A stretch of DNA of 64,000 bases. Source: Azolla caroliniana (taxonomy: Eukaryota; Plantae; Polypodiophyta). The DNA lies in the NCBI GenBank assembly GCA_043228905.1, contig JBHGNT010000011.1:15066001-15130000 (forward strand), in the 5' to 3' direction. Shown here in pieces: positions 23,101 through 41,324 of this stretch; positions within the stretch are counted from its first letter, which is position 1, and each line of letters opens with the position of its first letter. The notes under the pieces are model-generated. The model did no database searches, was not told where the DNA came from, and was given only the letters and a program-made list of their open reading frames with translations. The position numbers and the translations under genes are program-made.

Positions 23101-25277
23101 TTCTCAATGCATATTGGTATATTTGTCTAGTGCTTTTTTGTTGTTGTTTCCCACATTATATTGTTATTTTTATATCTCCTTATTTATGCATGATGTACAT
23201 ACATATATGTAAATGCCGGTGTCTGAGAGCTGTGTTGAAAGTCTTCTAAACTTTCTTGGCAATAAATGTACATATAATGTGTTAAACATTCTTTATATTC
23301 ATCTCTATAGAAAAGTAGTTCTCCATACAGTTTTATCCCCTATTTGTTCATAGAAATTCAGATGCTGATTTGTTATTTCAATATAGGTGGTTTAAGATCT
23401 ATCCTCAGCGATCGAGATAAACTAGTTGTAACAATAGGTGGTATTACTGCTCTTGCTGCAGGTGTTTACTCTACAAGGTTTGTCTCTTCTTTTCCAGCCA
23501 TTTTGATAGCTTGTGAAGTTTTCTATCACTTTTGGTCACATCAACTTGTGCCACATGTTGTTTACTTAATGTTATGATTCTTAATTCATTGCAAGCAATA
23601 TATATCTAGAAATTTTACAAGTTGTATTGTTTGATTGAAATTTAATGTTGGAAGATGATCATAAATTGTATTGTGTTTCAGTGTGCGAGTTTTGTGGGAT
23701 GCTGGTGCACGATTTTTCATTGTTTCAATTATTTTATTCAAAAGACGAACTCCTAGCGAAATGCTTTTATCCTAGGCAATAATAAAATGCCTTCATATGT
23801 TCATCTTCTGTGGGTCAAGTTATCTGATAGTTTTGGATACGTTTGTGTAAGATTTGAAAAAAATATATCGTTACTACTGGCAATGCCTCTGTTAGCTATA
23901 TAATGCATGGCCTTTGTTTCTTTACTCGGCCACTTCTATGCAGGGAAGGTGCTCGTGTAGTATGGGGATACATTGACCGGATTTTGGGCCAACCATCCTT
24001 GATAAGAGAATCATCTAGGGGGAAATATCCGTGGTCTAAATGGATATCATATAAAAACGTAATGTCATTTTCTGAAAGTAAAGATACCCAACAGATGAGG
24101 GAAGGAAAGGGTTTTGGTGATGTTATTCTTCATCCATCTCTCCATCAACGAATCCAACATCTTGCAGCTTCAACGTCCAGCACTAAAGCCCATCAAGCTC
24201 CCTTTCGTAACATGTTATTCTATGGACCTCCCGGAACAGGAAAGACAATGGCTGCGAAAGAATTGTCATTACAATCTGTAAGAGAAAAAATTACTTTCCC
24301 CTTATTTATTTATTTTTTCCTTTCTTGCTCAGCAAAAGGTCCATAGGTATTTTTCTGTGGAAATTATAGTATCTGAATTTCTTAATAAATTTTCAGGGAC
24401 TTGACTATGCTATTATGACTGGTGGTGATGTGGCTCCTCTGGGTTCTGAATCAGTCACCAAGATCCATGAGTTGTTCAACTGGGCAGGCACATCTAGAAA
24501 GGGCCTTGTTCTTTTCATCGATGAGGCAGATGCATTTTTGTGCGAGTGAGTTCTTTCAAATAAATTTCATTTCTTTATATATTAAAAAATTAAATACTAA
24601 AATGAAGTTAAATCTTCACTTCAACCATAGTTTCATGCAGAAAATACCTCTATTGAGTACACTCTTTTCATTCTAAATAAATACATTATGCGGAAAAGAC
24701 TAAGCACCACCACTAACATTCATTGGTGCCTACTAAGATAAAGAGTATAATCTTTATGTGATGCAGACGCAACAGTAATACTATGAGTGAGGCTCAACGA
24801 AGTGCCTTAAATGCCTTATTATATCGTACAGGTGACCAATCAAGGGATATAGTCCTCATCTTAGCAACAAATCGGCCAAGTGATCTTGACTCCGCAATTT
24901 CAGATCGCATTGATGAGATTCTCGAGTTTCCATTGCCGGGAGAAGGAGAGAGAGTAAACCTTTTGAAGCTTTATCTGGATAAGTACATTGCTCAAGCTGG
25001 CAAGAAGAGAAAAGATTGGATATCCTCACGTATTTGGGGTAAACAAGCCACAATAGAGATTGTCGGAATTAGTGATGATATCATATCTGAGGCGGCAAGA
25101 AAGATGGAGGGTTTTTCTGGTCGAGAGATTGCAAAGACGATGGCAAGTGTGCAAGGAGCTGTTTATGGTAGCAAAGAATCTGTTCTCCATGCCGATCTTT
25201 TCAGTGAGGTTGTGGAGTACAAAGTGGCTGAGCATCAACAACGCCAAAATATTGCTCAAGGTCAAGGTAGTGGCTAA
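20137..25277 (+). CDS. ATAD3: ATPase family AAA domain-containing protein 3 (mitochondrial ATAD3 homolog), 8 exons, 626 aa
   Basis: Exons are 20137-20415, 21647-21742, 22241-22351, 22746-23055, 23387-23477, 23944-24277, 24397-24545 and 24767-25277 (1881 nt, all GT-AG). Motifs: [10 protein letters not shown], a coiled coil, a TM-like segment [28 protein letters not shown], Walker A GPPGTGKT, Walker [16 protein letters not shown] and GFSGREIAK. Confidence 0.96.
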
Positions 25278-27173
25278 TTTCGTGTTGGCGCAAAGGATTT
25301 CCCTATTTTCATTGTTTCTTGTCCATAGATTATGGAGTGCTCCATTATTAATCTTTTTAGACCATCCTACTTGGCCATTTTGGTTTTTTTCCCACATGTT
25401 TATTAAGAGAGGGATGAGCAATTCATTCTATAGTCCATAGTGTACTTTTCATGATCTGTGGTTCATATGTATTTTGTGGTTATACACATCTCTTTTTCTA
25501 ACCTTCATACAATCTTCAATGTGATAAGCTTCTTCTCTCTTATAAATCCTATTTCGCTACATCTGCAGTCCAAGTGTTACATACTAGATGAATAAACTCA
25601 CAATTAATGAGCAGTTTATTAGTGGTAAAGTAACTCATTATTTGGCATTATGTATTATGAAGAAATATAAGGTAAAAGATATGTGCTACAATATTTTCCT
25701 TTTCGTAAATAAGATTCGTCTGTCATATGTTACAAAAGTTGGTTCTTGATTGTTGGGTTTGACTTTATATCTATAGATATAAAAGTGTTTGTCCATGTTT
25801 TATCCCTTCAGTCTAACGACTTCTATATTTCATCTCAAATGTAACACGCATTTTATGAAAACGCATCTTCGAAGTGAAAACCACATTATCATAATTATTA
25901 CTGATGGCATTATAATTACTGATGCCATCATTATTAGTGATGGCATTATCATCATTATTAAAACTTCCCCTAAAACGAAAATTCCTCATTCCTTGCAATT
26001 ATACTCTAAACTGTCCTTCCTCATATAAATTGCAACTTGCACGCATGCAATACAAATTATAATGTGAATAAATAAAAATGACCAAATTCACGTGCAAAGT
26101 AAAGAGTTGAATATTTATCGCTAAAAAACTGCAAACAATTGCACTGTATTTCAATATATAAATTATGGACCAAACAATGCAATACCCCTATTCAGATTAA
26201 CATTTGTTGGCACTCTTACCTTTACATCCCATTACAGGCGGATCACATTTAGTTCCTCTGCATTTCAGTTAACAGTTAACACAATTCTATATAATCAAAA
26301 TAATGTGGTGAATATTACCTATAAGATGTAGCAGGAAATACTCTTTGCAAGACACACATTTGCCTGTCCTAAATTCAATCAATGAGAAAACATGATAGTG
26401 GCTGAAGACATTTTTGTACATACACTTTCAGTTATTGGATTCCAACTAAATTTCATTTAGCCCTTTTCAATGTGAGGCCTCACATGTTCGACTTTTGCAC
26501 AGTTGAATGTTTAGAAAACGTTAAATCTTGTCCACTTCTGAACAGCAAAATGTTTAGAAAACCTTCAAACTCATCAGCTTGTGCCCAGCAAAACGTTTAG
26601 AAAAAAGTAAGGCTAATGCAAAACAAGGAAGAAGGAATTATTTGAAATTCAATGAGATTCACAATCAGTGACTAAATATCATCTACATTCTTCCAATAAA
26701 GCCCATTTCCTGAGACTTACTGAAAATTATAATCAGCACTTTTACTTGTTATAAAATTAATTGAAACCAAGACAAAACTGACCAATTTTACATTAATAAT
26801 AATAATCAATCAACATTCAAGATACACAGTAACACTTCTATGAAGTATTTACATGTATAAAAATTAGTGAAAGACAGCCAAAACTCCCCAATTTTGCATT
26901 ACTAATGACATTCAATTCTGCACTACAAAAGCACTATCAACAGTGTCAATGAATTAGTTACTCAGAAAAGACATTATCAATGGAATACGTTTATGAGTAA
27001 AAGCGAACAAAATTCCCACACCTTTGCACAGCATTAAACTCTTGTTTGTTACTTCGTGTTTGGTGAATATTCCGATTCCAAGATTAAAAAAATCTTCAGA
27101 AAACTTTGCAAAAAGTTACAGCAAAAAGAAAAATCTATCGCAAGAAAACAATAGATCATAGAATCCCCTAAAC

Positions 27174-28352
<1,179 letters not shown>

Positions 28353-28476
28353 GGCAGCCCGAAGGATATGGATGGCTCCACAGACAGCAGGCCGACAAGA
28401 CGACGGACAGACGAAGCAGGGGAAGCAGGGGAAGGAAGGAAGGAAGGAAGAAGAAGAAGAAGAAGAAGAAGAAGAA

Positions 28477-28737
28477 AAACCCTAAATCCAATATACACAG
28501 AAACCCTGATTTCTGTGTTTGTGCTTCTTAAATCGGGAAATTACAAATGTAGCCCCCATCCAATCTTCGCAAATATATAAATATGTACATGTTTGGATCT
28601 CTCTCTCTCTCTCTCTCTCTCCCTTGACTTGACTTGACTTGACTGAGAGACATTGTCTATGGCACAGAGAGCTTTGAAGATAAACAGGAGAGGCTCGTAG
28701 AGGTTGGAATAGAACGAGACATCAGGTAATTGGGCCC
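28477..28737 (-). promoter_or_regulatory. Telo-box (AAACCCTA, 28477-28484) and site II motif (TGGGCC, 28731-28736) upstream of RPL22
   Basis: Both motifs match exactly. This pair is the established promoter signature of plant ribosomal protein genes. Confidence 0.6.
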
Positions 28738-29705
28738 ACATGCAATAAATAGCTAACGTGTTAGTTATCGTGATTGTATGCCGAATACCCTACTCGTGAC
28801 CATATGTATGGAATTGATTGCATTGAATCTGATCTCTCATACACATTCCCATGTACGCACAATAGCGAAAGCACCTCCATGCACCAAACTTATGTATGTA
28901 TGTAGAGATACAAGTGAGAAACAATTTTCCATCGACCACGTATTAAAGGGAGGGTTGAAGTCTATGTGAGGAGTGGCAATATTGTTACACATAGAATAAC
29001 TTAGATGATAGAATCCGTAAGGTGCTTGAGGATGTTATGGCTCATAACATGTGGGTTTGGCTAAGGAGAGGGAAGCAACTTATAGCTTTATAATATGTGT
29101 CCATATGCTACGCATTCCCACCAATGTCTTCGAGTTTTGCACTTTTTGGAGAATCAATACGATGTAACACATACAACCATGGGAGATGCCACACTAATGC
29201 ATTTTTCAATTCACACAATCGTAATGATCAAAAAACAATATTTGATTAGAGTGATGTTATGTACGAGGGAAATGTCGCCAATAAGGCCACACGTGTATTC
29301 AATTACAACAAACTTTCAATGGATTGCAAAGATGCTCGTATGTTAATTACATGCCAAGATCTATCAAATTTACGATATTACAACGCTCTTACATACTGAA
29401 CCTGTGTGGGTAGTGCAAGCACGATAGGTTAATCAACGTGTTCTCCTCCCTTGTTGTTTTAATTAAAATAGCTTACCATCTAAAGTAGATGAACCATGCA
29501 TGCCTATAATTTACAATGAAATTGCTTGATATTCTAACTATTGGCTTTGTCCAATGTATGCCTGAACATACTCAATACCACTTTCATCAAGAACCATTGG
29601 CACCTATGGTTGTGACATGTTTGTATCGAGTCAAACAATGAAAGATACCAAGGTTTTTTTATATATACACAAATGAGGTACTAGCCATTAGAGACTAGGT
29701 GTGAA

Positions 29706-30256
29706 TGTTGGTTGAAGTTGACTTGTGCAAGACCTATTTTGATGGCATGAAGGTAACTGAAGTTGTTGTCGATTTAATGGCACCCTTCTTCTGCTTCCAT
29801 ATTGATCCACAAATTAAAGCGTGCTTGTTATGGGCATGACCAAAATTTACCCCGTGGTAGTTTGTACCGCAATATTCTAGACATGATGATAAAAGTGTGG
29901 GGGTTAACCGAGAGTGTAAAGAATGGAGGATTACTTTTAATCTTAGGGATTGAGACAACTTGTGAGGGCCAAGTGTGAAATTGCGTGGGGGCCTTAGGTC
30001 TAGCTATAAATATGAGGCCACCTCATTAGACACATGATTCGACTACATTGAGATTGTAACCTTGTAGTGAATAGACTCTTGTGACGAGCGCATGCTAGTA
30101 CCATGTACGACTCGATGCCATGGCAGTGGTATGGGACGTTGATCAAGGCTTGGGTTCACCTTGATCCCTTCACTCAAGGGTGATCGAGTGGATCAACACC
30201 CTTTCTTTTTCTCTCTTCCTCTTTATTATCTATCATTTAATTCCTAATCTCTAACA
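29706..30256 (+). mobile_element. Possible old solo LTR or LTR remnant
   Basis: It has TGTTG...TAACA ends, a TATAAATA box (~30006) followed by TTGTAACC...AATAGA, and a pyrimidine-rich 3' part, as in LTRs. No TSD was found. Confidence 0.3.
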
Positions 30257-31450
30257 ATGCTCCACTTGTCTACTCAAACAATATTTCTCAATACAAAGAT
30301 TTATGTTGTTGTTTTCTTAAGTTCATTGATACACGCATTGTCATGGGGCCCTTGCTCAAGAGTAACTTACCGAATGAATGGCAATAAGCAGCAGATAATA
30401 TATCATTGGAAACATGTTGCCACTTATCGACTTCCACTTGAAGTCAAGAAGTGAGTCATCTCCTTTGTAGTTCATGGTAACATGAAGAAAATCCAAAGTG
30501 GGTATATCGGTCTTCATATCTCCTCTCATCATTAGTTTAATTCATACACAAGTGTTGAGCCTTGTTATCGTATTGAATTTTTTTGTGTAAAGGTATGTTA
30601 TTCCTTTATTATTTTCTCGCCTTTGTGGGAGTTCTTCTTCTTTACGTTGGTATTTGAAAATGTGTTGTAATGTTTGCTTAATATTGTGGTGTCCCTTTCA
30701 TGCAAGAGCATGCATTTGAACACACCACTCTTTTAGCCACTCCCGTTTAGCACATCACCCATTTTAGCCCACCCTTTTAGCACACCATTTTGGGACACGT
30801 GTAGCTAGGCCGTCCCAAAATGGGTTCTTTGTATCTTCTATATATTGAATGATAAGTATGAAGCTAGCTAGGCTGGTTTGGTTTCCTTTTGTGTGCATTT
30901 CACAATATACAAATATTTAGTTGTCTCCATTTATCTTTTGTAACTTTTTAAAAAACGGCGTGAAAAAGAAACTAAGGTGTATTTTTCATGCAAATTTTGT
31001 GATGGCTTGTATAACATAACATTATTTGTACAACAAAATCATGAGTGAGTCCTAAGGACACCATTATGATTGAACATTAGATTGGATGTGTGGATATATA
31101 ACTTATAAGGTAATTATGGAATCAGTTTTTGTTTATGAAACAAATATCTCACACTATTTGTTTATGTTTGATCTAGATCATATTTTTTTAATAACAAAAA
31201 TATATTTGTATATTTTCATGTGATCCAAAATTTATTTTGTGTGGAGTAAAAAAGGTCTAGACCAACCATGGTCGTGTCGTCAAGATTTTGGTATCAAAAA
31301 ATTAGGCATATGCAAGTGACATGGGAATGTCGTGCCCTTATGCCCTTATACCCTTATACTTATAGGAACCCCTAGGCATACATCGCTTTTTTACTCCATA
31401 ACTCCTCCCCAAAAATGCAGTACTCTCATTTTTTAGGGAAGAAACGCTAA

Positions 31451-31778
31451 TCTCTCTCTCTCTCTCTCTAAGAAAAAACAAATCATTACATTAAAAACAC
31501 TACAATGGTACCACAATTCAGTGGTGTCGCCATGTTGAATTATCAATAGGCAAGGTGAACACTCCACTAAGGAAAGATTATTGACTTGCTCCAATAAACA
31601 AATTTGTCACATCAATACTTCCCTTCAACTTTCATAAATATGCTCTAACTCCATGACTACCATACAAGCATTCCACATATCGCCATTATGACGCAAACCC
31701 TAATATCTCATAAAGAGGAAAATGATATCCATCTATGATATTAGGTTGAGCTATGTGCATTACAAAAACACCCATAGT
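31451..31778 (-). mobile_element. Short 3' fragment of a LINE related to 5395-8074
   Basis: It is clearly homologous to 5478-5730 (catgttgaatt..caataggcaag..gaacactccac..aggaaaga; cccttcaactttc..a.atatgct; aaacaccca). It ends against a (CT)n tract at 31451-31469. Confidence 0.8.
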
Positions 31779-31894
31779 CATTTATAAAACGGTTTAAACG
31801 GTTCGGTTCGGTTCGAGCCAGGGGGGTTGAGTGACTGACATATTGGGAAAATGAATGACCTTGAATGAATGAATTTGAATAAATCCATCTAACC

Positions 31895-32247
31895 ATGGCT
31901 GCTCAGGGCCCTCCTTCTGCTGCCCCTGCCCCTCCTTGTCCTCCAGTTTTATGGGATCCTTCCAAGAAGCGTTTCTCTACTAGTGATGGATTGGCCTATC
32001 TGCAATACACTCTGCGATCTGTGAAGAAAGACCAGAAGGCCATGGATCTTGTGCATACTTTTGTCCCCCCAAGTAAGAGAGGGACCGGGATTGCTGCCCA
32101 TCTCTGTGAAGCTGCTTTCCAACATGCAAAGGAACATGGCTTCTCTGTCATCCCCACCTGCAGTTATGTATCGGTATGTATACATATACATGCTCACACA
32201 TACGCATTCACATGTGTATATCTATATGGATGTTGCACATATATGTA

Positions 32248-32284
<37 letters not shown>

Positions 32285-34077
32285 GCACATGGTTTTGTTG
32301 TTGTCGTGATCTTTTGTTGTTTGATGGATTTTTCTTGTTGTTTCATTGTGGGTTTTTTTGGTCTTAATTCTTGTTATAAACATGGCTATATTGTGGGTGT
32401 TATGATAATACACATGGCTATATTGTTATAAACAAATTTATGTCTAGACTAGAGTTTAATATCAGTGGCGAATGCATGATCTCCATGAACTCCTAATTAT
32501 ATGATCATGCTGTATGGTCATAACATATCAAACTTGGAAACATAGTAATTCAGCCCTTCGCTTCCTCTGAAAATTGTGGTTATATGTAGATAGGGCGAGG
32601 ATATGCTGCTAAACCAAGAATTAAGTTTTTAAGCACATGGTAGTCCAATACTTTATGCCAATCATTTCTTGAAATGTAGTGTGAATCAAAAGAAAAGATG
32701 GAGAAAAAGATTCAAAAGAAGACACATATAACATTTGTATAATTTAAGAAACTTTAGTCACGAGGATGGTCTTAAAATTGGATTGTGCGCTGCTAACAAT
32801 CTTAAGCTATATGCGATTAGATAAAAAGTAAGGATCTATAATGTAAGTTGAAACACTGCCCCATAGATCATAGAACAAAGATATATATAGGAAAAGATGT
32901 CTGGAAAAGACACATACTGCGTTTGTATCAAGGCAAAAACCTAATCTTTTGCTTGCTCCTAACAGTATGTGGATGCAAGATGGTCTGAAAGTGTGATTAA
33001 AACTAAATAATGATCATAATAGCTATTTTTGTAATTTTCCCATTCCAGAATTTGCACATGTGCTCATTATATATATTACCATCATGGATTAGGTAGATCA
33101 AGAGGTAGTTTACATTAAAAGAACTATCCCAAGTGGTGGCTCCAAGAACTCTCTCTTTGTGCTTCGAAGTATGAATATCCCTTCATAGGAAAGAGACTCA
33201 CATCAAGAAAACTTTTGTAATTAGGTCCCATGGGTCAATATTGGCCTCTCTATGGATGCTAAAAAATGTCTCATCTAATCTAATCTCTCTCTCTCTCTCT
33301 CTCTATTGCAACGTCTGCTCATAATGATGATTTATGATGACATTGGGCAAAGATAGCCAATCAACTTAGGATGTGAATTACCCTTTGTGGTGGTTTGAAT
33401 CTATAAAATTTTGGCTGGTATTACAGCATTATAAGCATATGTATGGATGCTATATTAACATTTTGTTGCAGTGACCCTTGAGATGCAATAGTAGTTGCAA
33501 TCAATGATTGCCAATTACCTGTGGTGGTTTAGACTATGAGCTTTGAGCTTGATTAGTACATTTACGATATAGACGTTAGAATGATGTATTGTTACAACTA
33601 TCATTAAGATGCAATAATATTGTCTGATTCCAGTGCCTACTTCCAATATCATGATTTAGGATGTCAATGCAACCTTTTGCCTGATGTTTGTCTAAAATAG
33701 ATGGAGAACCATTCTTGAGGATGGCTACGAAGAGATAATAGAACCAATGATGATATAATTATGCTTCTGGATTATATATATATATATATATATATATTTA
33801 TGTTTTTTTCCTTTAGATCAAAAGTGTGAGGCCACTTCTTTTGGTCTTGTGTTTTATGATGAAGGAATCTTATATTTATTTATGCATAGGCTGAAATCAT
33901 AAAGAGAAAAAAACCCATGCAGGGAACTTTTCTTTGCCAAAATCCAGTGTGGAAGGATGTGGTTTTCCCACTTGTACCAAAGGTTGTGAGTAAAATTTGA
34001 TGTGAAATTCGTTGCAGGATACATTTCTTCATCGGAATCCATTATGGAAAGATATTGTTTTCTCACCTGAGGAATGA
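31895..34077 (+). CDS. Minimal GNAT acetyltransferase (Acetyltransf_CG / At1g77540-like), 2 exons, 112 aa
   Basis: Exons 31895-32173 and 34018-34077 (GT-AG) give MDLVHTFVPPSKRGTGIAAHLCEAAFQHAKEHGFSVIPTCSYVS|DTFLHRNPLWKDIVFSPEE*. The acetyl-CoA motif RGxGxA and the conserved CSY are present. Confidence 0.92.
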
Positions 34078-35829
34078 CGGTCTCACATATTTTGATGTAA
34101 CTAGTAAAGCTAAAAAGAAATAAGTATAGAGGGATCGCGAGGTCAAACCAATGGTAGTATATCAAAGTTTTATGTATAATGTATCACTTCATCAACAAGA
34201 AAATTACCATTTAATTCTTAACAACAAACTTTATATACAACTTTAAATTTTGCTTTCCTTAAGATGTCTTATTGAAACATTCAATGGTGTTTTTGGCTAT
34301 TGTTATGCATGTGATATTAATGAGCGGTAAATCTCTATTAGTATATCATAGGTATTTTTGTGGGAGTTCTTGTAAATCTTCAAATGAGTCAAATATAGTC
34401 TAGAGTCTAGACTTTTGTAGAAAGGCTCTACAGATTTTGAAAGTGTGCTTCTTAGTTGTAATGTTCAATAGTAAATTCTAGAACATCAAAAATCACTTAC
34501 CAATTGCACGTAATTATAAAATCAGTGAATTTATAAACCCTGAACTTACCAATACCTTGATTATCAATAGTCACTTACTTTGGATCTCCGTTGGACAATA
34601 ATTAAATCTCTTGGCCATAAAACACAATTTTTTTTATTGGATGTGAAAAACATTACAATGTAACTACAATTAATTTAATGTTACCATCACATGGGTAATG
34701 GTATGTGGTAACGATCTGATAGGTAAGTGGAATACGTAATCGAGGAGAGAATTATACCTTGGTCTAGTAAATAGAATTCCAACATCTAAACCCTATGTTT
34801 TTGTAAACTTGCAAAAGATTATGCATATTTCGATTGCGATGCAATCCTCAATACCTCAAGGAAAACAAAAGCAAAAAAATTGTGCATGTCTTTGCTTTGA
34901 AGTCATGATGTGTATGTGTTGTACAAATGTCCATGATCTTGGCATAGAAAAACAATGTGACAACAATTGCAAGATTTGTGACATCTCTTTGGTGCACATA
35001 CAATTGAGACAACATTTGCAAGATTTGTGAATATGTAATCATGAATCTGAAGAGCAATAGGAGATTGTCTGGGATGGAGAGGGATATCTTCCAATGGGAC
35101 CACGCAAAAGAAGCAACTGCCTATGGTTAAACGGCATCTCTTTGGTGCACACGCAATTGAAAGAGAGACAGACAATTGTAGGTCATGTAAGATAATTGGT
35201 AAGGTTGACCAATGGAGACAAGGAGGTCATGGGTTTATAACCCTTACATTCCTTAGTGTGGCATCTAGTGAATTAAGAAAATGTATGGAATAAGAGAGAG
35301 GGTGAGAAATTTGGGGGGGTTTTGAACCCAAGACACTAGTGCTACTAGTGTAACAACTTATCACTACATTAAGCTAATTACGATAAAAAAAGTAAAGAAA
35401 GAGAAGACAATTGCAAGTCATGTAAAGCCAATGTGCCGAGTCGCCCCTGGCAACCCCTTTTTTCATTCGTGCTAACGGCGTGTGTTAGTAAAAGTAAGTA
35501 AGGAAGGAAGTATATATGCACACATGTATCATGTATGTATGTATGCATGCATGTATGTATGTATGTATGTATGTATGTGTGTGTGTGTGCCAAGCGAGAT
35601 TTGAACTCTAGATGTATGAGTATGTATAGAATGGATGGATGGATGGATTGGATAGATCATCATAGATAATAGAGAGAGAGAGACATAGACATAGTTAGAA
35701 CTTAGACTCAGGTTTGAGCCCAAAATATGTACATAATGGGCTCTGCCTACTGACTCAGTAAGACCCAAAAACAGAGAGACCCACAGAGATAGATAGATAG
35801 ATAGATAGATAGATATACATAAGATAGAT

Positions 35830-41324
<5,495 letters not shown>

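Noticed and set aside
26498-26606. Three CAG....A(T/C)GTTTAGAAAA repeats with dissimilar ~25-nt spacers, superficially CRISPR-like
   Set aside because: There are only three short, imperfect repeats in eukaryotic intergenic DNA with no cas genes. A decayed minisatellite explains them better.
33360-33620. ~135-bp degenerate tandem duplication in the GNAT intron (similar short duplications at ~37140-37360 and ~42715-42845)
   Set aside because: These are ordinary local duplications with no coding or structural signal.
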